Assembly: GCA_021801795.1 (NCBI GenBank)
Contig: JAJYXR010000030.1
Coordinates: 54,175 to 118,174 of the forward strand
Direction: 5' to 3'
DNA length: 64,000 nt
Source of the DNA: Actinomycetes bacterium
Lineage (GTDB): Bacteria; Actinomycetota; Acidimicrobiia; Acidimicrobiales; JAJYXR01
Positions 37,028 to 45,579 of the stretch are shown here, one piece after another. Numbering within the stretch: position 1 is the stretch's first letter; each line of letters opens with the position of its first letter. The position numbers were made by a program, and so were the translations under genes. A model generated the notes under the pieces. It ran no database searches, had not been told where the DNA came from, and saw only the letters and a program-made list of their open reading frames with translations.

Positions 37028-38623
37028 TCATCCCGCGGTGGCCTCGATCAGGTGGTGGCCGGCCGGGACATGCACCTGGAGAAGGCAGCCTTCGAGAGAG
37101 GTACCCGGGGCCTCGAAGCGCTGCACATGGCAGCTCGTCGCGACGGGCTTGGAATCAATGGTCACCCTGGTGAGGGTATGGGTGGTGACCGTAGGACCTC
37201 CGGACTTCACCACTGTCCCACCCCAGAGAAAGGCCGTACCGCCTGGCCCGTCGACGGTGGCACTCAGGCTTTCCGGCGTGGAGGAGGTGGCGAGGAGATC
37301 ACCGGGAACAGCGTCCACGTGCGGACCGCCTAGCAGCTGGGCACGCAGGGTGTGCCGGCGAAGGCTGCCGTTCAGGTGGACGGTGGCCCAGTCGTACCAG
37401 TGGCCTATGCGCTGCTTCCACAGCCAGAAGCCGGAGCCGACCTGGTAGGCGTTCTGCAGGGAGAGCTGCTCGGTCAGCCACTCGTTCCATGCCGGTGTTG
37501 GGTTCGAGCCGTACTCGTCGACCATGAAGGGGGTGCCGAACACCTTTGCCTCGGCGGCAGCGTCTGCATAGGAGGAGGAGAGCTGGGACTCGGTGACGCT
37601 GGAGTCGAAGGGAGGCGAGAAGACGCCGGTGTACATGTGGACCGCGTAGACGAGGTTTGGATCGTCGGAGAACCGCGCTGCCTGGCCGAGCGCGTCGTTC
37701 GTGAGGTCGCGGATGATAGACGGCTCGAACCACAGCGGCACCACCACCCCACCAGCTCGGAGGCCCGCGATCATGCGGTCGTAGAAGGGATAGAGGGAGG
37801 CCGTCTGGAATGGCTCGGGACCAGCGGGCCAGGGTTCGTTCATCAGCTCGACCCCGACCACGTTGCTCGAATGGCTGGTGGCTCCGGCAGCCTTCGCCAC
37901 AGCTAGAGCAGCTTCCAGATACCAGGTCTGGAGAGGCTTCCCGTGGACGGTACTGTTCGCCCAGAAGGATGCGAACGCCGCCAGAGCGCACTTCGTGGTG
38001 GTGAGATCAGGAGTGCACGGGGCACCGCCGTCCAGGACTGCCCACGCGGGCGCACCGTCGGACTCCTGTGAGAAGTCGGTGACAGTCGAGTAGTTGTCCT
38101 GGTGCATGTCCACCAGGACCCCGATCCCCTCCGCTCCGGCCCAGCGCACCACCTGCGCCACCCGGTCGAGGTAGGTCTTAGATATGACTCCCGGGGCCGG
38201 CATGATCTCGCTCCAGGACACCGGCAGGCGAAGGAAGTCGAAGCCCAGTGCGGCCATCTCCGCGAAGTCCGCCTTCGACACGGGGGGAGCCTCGCGGTAG
38301 TCGCTCGGATACTGGACGAGCGCGTTGTCGTCTATGCCGCGCAGCAGCAGGAACTGCCCGTCACCGCCGGCGATGTAAGGGGTACCGGCAACCGGATGGA
38401 CCACATGGGCCCCCCCGATGGCAGACGCATCCGCCAGCGGTCGGCTGGAAGGGGCGCCCCCTGCAACCGGTGCGCTGGCGGCGCAGGCAGCCAGCAGCAG
38501 GGGAAGAGACAGGGCAGCCAGGAAGGCTGGCAGGCCAACCGTTCTCGGACGCCTCGTGGTCATCCGCATCACACAGCTCCAGCCGAGCCAGGCACGCCGA
38601 GCCCTCCCCTTCTCCATGCCCAC
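37028..38623 (-). CDS. GH5 glycoside hydrolase, endoglycoceramidase-like lipoprotein
   Basis: Lipobox LAAC, LRLPVSWS.I.P, VDMHQD, DGAP.WA, LMNEP acid/base, DEYG nucleophile, W.WK. The true start may be 38569. Confidence 0.8.
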   Translation of the reverse strand: MGMEKGRARRAWLGWSCVMRMTTRRPRTVGLPAFLAALSLPLLLAACAASAPVAGGAPSSRPLADASAIGGAHVVHPVAGTPYIAGGDGQFLLLRGIDDNALVQYPSDYREAPPVSKADFAEMAALGFDFLRLPVSWSEIMPAPGVISKTYLDRVAQVVRWAGAEGIGVLVDMHQDNYSTVTDFSQESDGAPAWAVLDGGAPCTPDLTTTKCALAAFASFWANSTVHGKPLQTWYLEAALAVAKAAGATSHSSNVVGVELMNEPWPAGPEPFQTASLYPFYDRMIAGLRAGGVVVPLWFEPSIIRDLTNDALGQAARFSDDPNLVYAVHMYTGVFSPPFDSSVTESQLSSSYADAAAEAKVFGTPFMVDEYGSNPTPAWNEWLTEQLSLQNAYQVGSGFWLWKQRIGHWYDWATVHLNGSLRRHTLRAQLLGGPHVDAVPGDLLATSSTPESLSATVDGPGGTAFLWGGTVVKSGGPTVTTHTLTRVTIDSKPVATSCHVQRFEAPGTSLEGCLLQVHVPAGHHLIEATAG

Positions 38624-38653
38624 CGGTCGGTCATCGCAGGCGTCAGGTGCATG

Positions 38654-39124
38654 CTACCTGGCGGCTGCACCCGTACCTCCAGGGGAGCGCCTGGAAGCGC
38701 TTTCCCTGCAGGTGGCGCACAGACCGCTCATGGCGAAATGGCGATGATCGAGGCGAAATCCATAGCCCTTCAGGATCCGCTCGGCCAGACGGTCGAACAT
38801 CGAGTCCTCGACCTCCAGCGTCGTCCCACAGCCGTTGCATACCAGGTGGGCATGACGCTTGGTCGATAGGTGATATGTGGCCGGGCCATGCCCGAGGTGC
38901 ACATGCTCGACCACGCCCAGCCTCTCCAGGTCCTCCAGGGTGCGATAGACGGTCGATAGATGCACGTCGGGCCGCGACCGGTGTACCTCCTCGGCGATCT
39001 CGTCCGCGCTACGATGCCCCTCGGAGCCGATGAGCACGCTGACCACCAGTCTCCTGGGCTCCGTGACCCGTCCGCCGCCACGACGCATGAGCTCGAGCAC
39101 GGAGTCGACCGTAAGTGCCTCCAC
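38654..39124 (-). CDS. Fur family transcriptional regulator
   Basis: RVTEPRR, STVYRTLEDL, HAHLVCNGCG, GLCATC. Confidence 0.88.
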   Translation of the reverse strand: MEALTVDSVLELMRRGGGRVTEPRRLVVSVLIGSEGHRSADEIAEEVHRSRPDVHLSTVYRTLEDLERLGVVEHVHLGHGPATYHLSTKRHAHLVCNGCGTTLEVEDSMFDRLAERILKGYGFRLDHRHFAMSGLCATCRESASRRSPGGTGAAAR

Positions 39125-39252
39125 GACCGGAAACCTACCTTTCCCTGGGCACCGTTGCAGCGACAGGGGCGGACGACCAGGACCCCGCATGCACCTCCAT
39201 GGGCACCGCCACCAGCGACCGAGGCAGCCGCTCGCTGCAGAACACGGGTAGC

Positions 39253-40644
39253 TCAGTGGCTGAAGGAGGCCTGCTCCTGGTGGAGCACAGACGAGGAGCC
39301 GCCAAGGAGCTTGTCCATGACGCGCCGCAGGTCGGCGACGAAGAGCTCCGCGAGGTCCCTGCTGAACCCGTTGCGCACCACCACCCGTAGCACTGCCATC
39401 TGCTGCATGGACTCCGGCATGGGGTACGCAGGCACGAGCCATCCCCTGCCCCGGAGCGCCTCCGAGACGTCGTACACGGTCGGACCGCCGTCGTCTCGCA
39501 TGCGGAATGCGAATGCAGGTATGCCAGTTCCGTCGGACACCAGCGAGAAGGGCCCCATGTCGGCCACCTGTCCTGCCATCCAGCGGGTTGTGTCGCGTCC
39601 GGCCTGCTGCACACGTCGAAAGCCTTCGAAACCGAGGCGCACGAAGGTGTAGTACTGGGCCACCACCTGTGCACCGGGTCTGGAGAAGTTCAGAGCGAAG
39701 GTGCCCATCGAGCCACCCAGGTAGTCGACCTGGAAGACGAGCTCGTCGGGAAGCGCCTCCTCGTTACGCCAGACCACCCAGCCGACGCCCGGGTAGACCA
39801 ACCCGAACTTGTGTCCCGACGAGTTGATCGACTGGACCCTCGGCAGGCGGAAATCCCAGAGTAGATCAGGATCTATGAAGGGAGCCACGAAGCCACCAGA
39901 GGCGGCATCGACGTGGATGGGGACGTCGGGACCTCCCTTCGAAGCGAGCTCGTCCAGCGCTGCCGATATCTCGGCGACTGGCTCGTAGGAGCCGTCGTAG
40001 GTGGACCCGAGCACCGCGACCACCCCTATGGTGTTCTCGTCGCACGCCGACCTGGCGCCCTCGGCGCTCAGGTGAGGCCGGTCGGGACCCACGGGAACCA
40101 TCCGAGGCTCGACGTCGAAGTACCGGCAGAACTTCTCCCAGCAGACCTGGACGTTCGTCCCCATGACCAGGTTGGGTCGCTCGTGGGGCTGGCCGGCGCC
40201 AGCACGCCTCGAGCGCCATCGACGCTCCAGGGCCAGACCGCCTAACATGCAGGCCTCGCTCGAACCGGTCGTGGAGCAGCCAGTCGCGGAGCCGTCGGGA
40301 TCTGCGTGCCAGAGTCCGGCGAGGATGTTCACGCAGCGGCGCTCCAGCTCGGCAGTCTGGGGATACTCGTCCTTGTCGATCATGTTCTTCGAGGCGCACT
40401 CCGCCATCAGCGCCTCTGCTTCTGGCTCCATCCAGGTGGTGACGAAGGTCGCGAGGTTCAGACGAGCGTTGCCGTCGAGCAGCAGCTCGTCGTGCACCAG
40501 CTGGTAGGCGCTCCTCGCCGGGATCCCGGCATCGGCGAGCTCGCCGCAGGGAATCTCCTCTACGCCAGCATCTTGCGCTGCCTCTGGCCTGAGCCGGATC
40601 CTACGCTCCCTGGCCTGCTTCGCGGAATGGGTGTGGAGTGGCAT
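39253..40644 (-). CDS. gadB: Glutamate decarboxylase
   Basis: LDGNARLNLATFVTT, NMIDKDEYP, GSSEACML, HVDAASGGF, SGHKFGL, NFSRPG. Confidence 0.95.
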   Translation of the reverse strand: MPLHTHSAKQARERRIRLRPEAAQDAGVEEIPCGELADAGIPARSAYQLVHDELLLDGNARLNLATFVTTWMEPEAEALMAECASKNMIDKDEYPQTAELERRCVNILAGLWHADPDGSATGCSTTGSSEACMLGGLALERRWRSRRAGAGQPHERPNLVMGTNVQVCWEKFCRYFDVEPRMVPVGPDRPHLSAEGARSACDENTIGVVAVLGSTYDGSYEPVAEISAALDELASKGGPDVPIHVDAASGGFVAPFIDPDLLWDFRLPRVQSINSSGHKFGLVYPGVGWVVWRNEEALPDELVFQVDYLGGSMGTFALNFSRPGAQVVAQYYTFVRLGFEGFRRVQQAGRDTTRWMAGQVADMGPFSLVSDGTGIPAFAFRMRDDGGPTVYDVSEALRGRGWLVPAYPMPESMQQMAVLRVVVRNGFSRDLAELFVADLRRVMDKLLGGSSSVLHQEQASFSH

Positions 40645-40808
40645 TGGCGAGGCTCCTCTTCGTCGTATCGGACCCCAGCGGGACGGTGGCCGGCAGGCCT
40701 GGCTGGGATGGAGCCAGTCTTGCCCAGACGAGCGTTCATCGGGACGCGGCCGCCGGCGTAGCGGGCTCTCAGCAGCAACTCAGCTTGTGACGCGGGAGAA
40801 TCTGCGGG

Positions 40809-41939
40809 ATGCCGAAGGAAGGAAACGCCGAGCCGCCGCGCGTAGGGCCGGGCGAGAAGGCAGGAGCTGGGAACGGGCCCGGCGGGCGCCCCGACACACG
40901 CCTGCCCTCCATCGAGACACGTCCCGGCACTCGTATCTCCTCTACCGTCCGTGTAATCGGACGCTCCACGCAGACCGAGTCGGCTCCCCCTGGAGCATCT
41001 ACCACGCAGCAACCCACGAAGAGAATCCTGGCCTCTACCTCGACACGCCATGCCCGTGACCTTCCTGGACGAGCTGGCGGACCGACCCGGACAGCGAACA
41101 CCGGGCCTCCAGCGGCAGGTGGCCGGCGCACGACCGTGCTGCCCAGCCAGGCTGCGCGCTCGACTCATGGGGTTCCCTGGCGAAGCCCGGAGCAAGGCAT
41201 CGAGCCCGGCGCACCGGGACGCAGCGGGGTAGGACTCGGAAGCGAGGAGCCTGAGCCCTCAGAACCCGAAGACGAGCAGCCGCGCGGGCTCGCTGGATCC
41301 ATCCCCGGAACGCGCCGGCGCGAGCGCCAGTCCAGGGCCGCGGAGGCGAACGCGAGGCTAACTGCGACGACCGGGCTGGTGCTGCTGGTGCTTCTCTTCT
41401 GCGAGGGCGTCACCGTCCTCGCCATCACCTCGCTCTTTCCATGGCACATAGCAATCGGCCTGGCTCTGCTGCCTCCGGTGATGCTGAAGCTCGGATCCAC
41501 GCTATGGCGCTTCAGCCGCTACTACCTGGGAGACCCTGGCTACAGGAGAGCTGGGCCACCGCCGCCACTGCTTAGAGCCATAGGGCCAGTCCTATACCTG
41601 TCCACCGTGGTGCTCCTGGTGAGCGGCGTGGCCTGGTGGATCGTAGGACCCAGCGGCGACGCCACCCTCGGAACCATCCACCGGGCCAGCTTCGTCATCT
41701 GGATCATCCTTCTCGGCGTCCACGTGCTCGGCCACGTCCAGAGGGCAGCCAGGTTGGCGAGCCGGGACATGGCACCGGCAGACGCTGCCGAGAGGACCGC
41801 GGCGCTGAGGCGCCAGTGGCTCGTGGCAGGAGCCGTGGGTTCGGGATTGGTGATCGGTCTGGCTACACACGGCCTGGTGACTAGCTGGGCCGTCTGGGCC
41901 CACTACCTACCGCTGCTGAAGACCCACGCCCGTCCCTGA
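40809..41939 (+). CDS. Integral membrane protein with His-containing helices; true start probably downstream
   Basis: NARLTATTGLVLL, WHIAIG..L.PP..LKLGST.WRF.RYY, IHRASF..W...LGVH. The N-terminal about 150 aa look non-coding. Confidence 0.6.
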   Translation: MPKEGNAEPPRVGPGEKAGAGNGPGGRPDTRLPSIETRPGTRISSTVRVIGRSTQTESAPPGASTTQQPTKRILASTSTRHARDLPGRAGGPTRTANTGPPAAGGRRTTVLPSQAARSTHGVPWRSPEQGIEPGAPGRSGVGLGSEEPEPSEPEDEQPRGLAGSIPGTRRRERQSRAAEANARLTATTGLVLLVLLFCEGVTVLAITSLFPWHIAIGLALLPPVMLKLGSTLWRFSRYYLGDPGYRRAGPPPPLLRAIGPVLYLSTVVLLVSGVAWWIVGPSGDATLGTIHRASFVIWIILLGVHVLGHVQRAARLASRDMAPADAAERTAALRRQWLVAGAVGSGLVIGLATHGLVTSWAVWAHYLPLLKTHARP

Positions 41940-43460
41940 CCGGGGGCTGTCCGCTGTCGACGGCGAGACGAAGTCCGCCCAGCGCGGTCGCAGGGTTTCA
42001 CGCCAGTAGCTGACGGTGAAGCTCGGCCAGTTGTTGGTGACCCTACCGGTGGCGGTCTTGTACCAGCTATGGCACGCGGCCACCCAGGGTGTCCTCGCCA
42101 TCTGGCGCTCTGCGGAGCGGTTGAATCGCTCCAGCGCGTCAGCTCGCACCTCCACCGACGGCCTGTCGCCCCTCAGGATCGAGGTGATGCACTGCATCAC
42201 GTAGTCCACCTGGCGCTCGATCATGAAGAGGATGGAGTTGTGCACCAGGTTCGTGTTCGGACCGTAGAGGAGGAAGAGGTTCGGGAAGCGGGGAACAGCG
42301 ATGCCGAGGTAGGCCTCGGCACCGTCCTTCCAGGCGACAGCCAGGTCGGTGCCGTCGGCTCCGGTGACCTTCATGGGGCCCAGGAAGCGGGTCGCCTCGA
42401 AACCTGTACCGAATATCACCACGTCAGCCTCGTGGTGAGCGTCGGCCGTGAGCAGGCCCTCGGTGTCGAAGCCGGTGATCGGGCTGGTCACCACGGTGAC
42501 GTTCGGTCGGGAGAGCGCCGGGTAGTAGTCGCTTGCCAGCAGGAGACGCTTGCATCCGATCGGGTAGTCCGGCACCACCGCCGCTGGCTCCAGGCGCTCA
42601 GAGACTACCTTCCGGGTGACGACCGACCTGTAGGCATCCGCGAGCCGACTCGCGAGCGGGCCCTGGATGAAGGTGAGCCAGGTGACCTCGTGGCGCCAGT
42701 AGGTCCACCAGCGGTACAGGCGCTCCGCCGGGGGAACCCTGCCCAGGAGGAACCTGGCCAGAGGCCCGTAGTGCCTGTCGTGCTTGGGTATCACATAGGC
42801 AGCAGAGTGCTGGAAGACTGTCAGGTGAGCCACCTGGGGGGCGATCCGGGGGACGAACTGGATGGCGCTCGCTCCGTTGCCGACGACAGCGACCCTCTTG
42901 CCGGCAAGGTCGACAGAATGGTCCCATCTGGCCGAGTGGAAGTACACCCCCCCGAAATCGTGGAGCCCGGGGATCTGCGGTATGTGGGGACGGTTCAACT
43001 GCCCACAGGCCATTACCACTACGTCTGCCTCGTACTCCTCGCCACCGGCTGCCGAGAGTGTCCAGCGCCTGGTGACCTCGTCGAAACGCGCGGCGACGAT
43101 CTCCGTGCCGAAGCGGATGCGCGACCTGAGCCCGCCCCTGTCGGCAAGCTCCTCCGCGTAGGCCAGAATCTCCGGCTGGCGGGCATAGCGACGGGTCCAG
43201 TCACGCTTCGGGGCAAAGGAGAAGGAGTAGAGATACGAGGGCACGTCGCAGCCGGCCCCCGGATAGGTGTTCTCCCGCCAGGTACCACCCACGCCGTCGT
43301 TCTTCTCGAAGATGACCACCTCGTGCAGTCCGGCACGCTCGAGCTGCAGCGCCATGCAAATGCCGCCCAGCCCGGCCCCGACTATGGCCACACGCGGTAA
43401 ACCGTCGGGCGCGCCTGCCACAGCCCTGGCCAGAGAACGACGCGCTAGCTGGAACGGCAC
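41907..43460 (-). CDS. Flavin-containing (Baeyer-Villiger type I) monooxygenase
   Basis: GAGLGG, GGTWRENTYPGAGCD, BVMO fingerprint FGGVYFHSARWD, GNGASA, GTGF. Confidence 0.9.
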   Translation of the reverse strand: MPFQLARRSLARAVAGAPDGLPRVAIVGAGLGGICMALQLERAGLHEVVIFEKNDGVGGTWRENTYPGAGCDVPSYLYSFSFAPKRDWTRRYARQPEILAYAEELADRGGLRSRIRFGTEIVAARFDEVTRRWTLSAAGGEEYEADVVVMACGQLNRPHIPQIPGLHDFGGVYFHSARWDHSVDLAGKRVAVVGNGASAIQFVPRIAPQVAHLTVFQHSAAYVIPKHDRHYGPLARFLLGRVPPAERLYRWWTYWRHEVTWLTFIQGPLASRLADAYRSVVTRKVVSERLEPAAVVPDYPIGCKRLLLASDYYPALSRPNVTVVTSPITGFDTEGLLTADAHHEADVVIFGTGFEATRFLGPMKVTGADGTDLAVAWKDGAEAYLGIAVPRFPNLFLLYGPNTNLVHNSILFMIERQVDYVMQCITSILRGDRPSVEVRADALERFNRSAERQMARTPWVAACHSWYKTATGRVTNNWPSFTVSYWRETLRPRWADFVSPSTADSPRSGTGVGLQQR

Positions 43461-43622
43461 ATGAACCCCCAGGAAACGAGCTGGAGAAGGAGCTGAGACC
43501 CTACCGGGTCGACGCGACCGAGATGGTCGGCGTCTGAGCCAGGTTCTTAGCACGCCCGGGCAGCCCCAGCGCAATCCCTGACGAGCAGTATGTGATGCAC
43601 CGTCAGACTGCCAGGAGGTGAG

Positions 43623-43661
43623 TTGACCACATGCTGCACAAAAGCTAACGTCCACGTAAAG
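43623..43661 (+). promoter_or_regulatory. Sigma70-type promoter TTGACC-N17-TAACGT with overlapping LiuR-like operator CTAACGTCCACGTAAAG
   Basis: Exact 17-bp spacing; ACGT-NN-ACGT core palindrome upstream of the MFS/carboxyltransferase operon. Confidence 0.55.
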
Positions 43662-43704
43662 GTAAGAATTCTTGGGATGGCGGTCAGGCGAACGGGAGGT
43701 CCAG

Positions 43705-45579
43705 ATGACAGCACCACCCCCGGCCGAGCGCTCGGCGACCCACGACGACCGCTACAAGTGGATCGCCCTGTCGAACACCACCCTCGGCATATTGATGGCC
43801 TTCATAAACCAGTCGATCATCCTGATCGCGCTGCCGGACATCTTCCGGGGGATACACCTGAACCCGCTGGTGCCTGCGAACACCGGTTACCTGCTCTGGA
43901 TGCTCATGGGTTTCATGGTGGTGACCGCCGTGCTGGTGGTGAGCCTCGGGCGTATCGGCGACATGTTCGGCCGGGTGAAGATGTATAACCTCGGCTTCGC
44001 CGTCTTCACCCTCTTCTCCATCCTTCTCTCCATAACCTGGATGCACGGACAGTCGGCTGCTCTCTACCTGATCCTCATGCGGGTCGGCCAGGGGGTCGGG
44101 GCAGCATTCCTGATGGCTAACTCCAGCGCGATCATCACCGACGCGTTCCCCTCCCATCAGAGGGGTCTCGCGCTCGGGGTGAACATGGTCGCTGGCATCG
44201 CGGGCTCGTTCATCGGCCTCGTACTCGGCGGCGTGCTGGCTCCGGTGCAGTGGCAGCTCGTCTTCCTGGTGTCGATACCAATAGGGCTCTTCGGCACCGT
44301 CTGGGCCTACCTGAAGCTACGCGACCAGGCAGTGCGAACCCCGGCCAGGATCGACTGGTGGGGAAACCTCACCTTCGCGCTCGGCCTCGTGGCCATCCTG
44401 GTGGGGATCACCTATGGGATCATGCCCTACGGCACCCATACGATGGGCTGGACCAACCCAAAGGTCCTAGGAGCCGTCGCCCTGGGCGTGGTGCTTCTGG
44501 TCACCTTCTTCGTGATCGAGACGAAGGTGAAGAACCCCATGTTCCGCCTGCCGCTGTTCAGGATACGGGCCTTCGCTGCAGGAAACCTCGCTGGCTTCCT
44601 CGCGGCCCTCGGGCGCGGGGGGATGATGTTCATCCTCATCATCTGGCTCCAGGGCATCTGGCTCCCCCAGCACGGCTACAGCTTCTCCTCGACGCCGCTC
44701 TGGGCGGGGATCTACATGCTCCCGATGACGGCGGGATTCCTCGTCGCAGGTCCCCTGTCTGGGATCCTCTCCGACCGCTACGGGGCACGGCCTTTCGCCA
44801 CGGGAGGCATGGTGGTGGCAGCAGCCAGCTTCATCCTGCTCGGAGTCCTGCCAGTGGACTTCGGCTACGTGTGGTTCGCGCTGCTGCTGGTTCTGAACGG
44901 CCTTGGCATGGGCATCTTCGCCTCGCCGAACCAGGCCGGGGTCATGAACAGCCTGCCACCTGACCAGCGCGGCTCGGGTGCGGGCATGGTGAACACCGCC
45001 CAGAGCTCCGCGATGGTCCTGTCCATCGGCGTCTTCTTCACCCTCATCATCGTCGGGCTCGCTTCGAGCCTCCCACGGGTGCTGCTGCACGGTCTCGTGT
45101 CCCAGGGTGTCCCCCTGGCAGCCGCCACCAAGGTCTCCCACCTGCCTCCCGTCGGCAGCCTCTTCGCCGCCTTCCTCGGCTACGACCCTGTCCAGACCCT
45201 CCTCGGTCCCCATGTGCTCGCGCACCTGCCCCACGCACGCGCCGCATACCTGACCGGACGCAGCTTCTTCCCACGCCTCATCAGCGCACCCTTCGGCACG
45301 GGACTGCGTGAAGCCTTCGCCTTCGCCGCAGGCGCATGCCTGGTAGCCGCTGGCGCGTCTTGGCTGCGTGGGAAGAAGTACATCCACGGCGAGCACGCCA
45401 TCCCAGCCACCAGCGATGCCGGGGACAGGGGTCCTCTGGAAGCGGGCCGATCCGCTGTTGGCGCCGGCGGTCACCCCGGTGCGCTCGAGCCAGGTCGAAC
45501 GGAAGCGCCGGAGCCATGCACGCCAGATCCGGCGCTGGCCGCTGCCAGACCCGAGGGTACCGCCACCTCCGAGGCATGA
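43705..45579 (+). CDS. MFS transporter (DHA2-like, 14 TM)
   Basis: GRIGDMFGRVK, SAIITDAFP..QRG.ALG, G.LSDRYGAR; GGAGG RBS. Confidence 0.9.
   Translation: MTAPPPAERSATHDDRYKWIALSNTTLGILMAFINQSIILIALPDIFRGIHLNPLVPANTGYLLWMLMGFMVVTAVLVVSLGRIGDMFGRVKMYNLGFAVFTLFSILLSITWMHGQSAALYLILMRVGQGVGAAFLMANSSAIITDAFPSHQRGLALGVNMVAGIAGSFIGLVLGGVLAPVQWQLVFLVSIPIGLFGTVWAYLKLRDQAVRTPARIDWWGNLTFALGLVAILVGITYGIMPYGTHTMGWTNPKVLGAVALGVVLLVTFFVIETKVKNPMFRLPLFRIRAFAAGNLAGFLAALGRGGMMFILIIWLQGIWLPQHGYSFSSTPLWAGIYMLPMTAGFLVAGPLSGILSDRYGARPFATGGMVVAAASFILLGVLPVDFGYVWFALLLVLNGLGMGIFASPNQAGVMNSLPPDQRGSGAGMVNTAQSSAMVLSIGVFFTLIIVGLASSLPRVLLHGLVSQGVPLAAATKVSHLPPVGSLFAAFLGYDPVQTLLGPHVLAHLPHARAAYLTGRSFFPRLISAPFGTGLREAFAFAAGACLVAAGASWLRGKKYIHGEHAIPATSDAGDRGPLEAGRSAVGAGGHPGALEPGRTEAPEPCTPDPALAAARPEGTATSEA

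Noticed and set aside
40645-41250. Separate small gene or ncRNA upstream of gad
   Set aside because: Only low-complexity overlapping ORFs and no recognisable RNA structure; cannot be supported.
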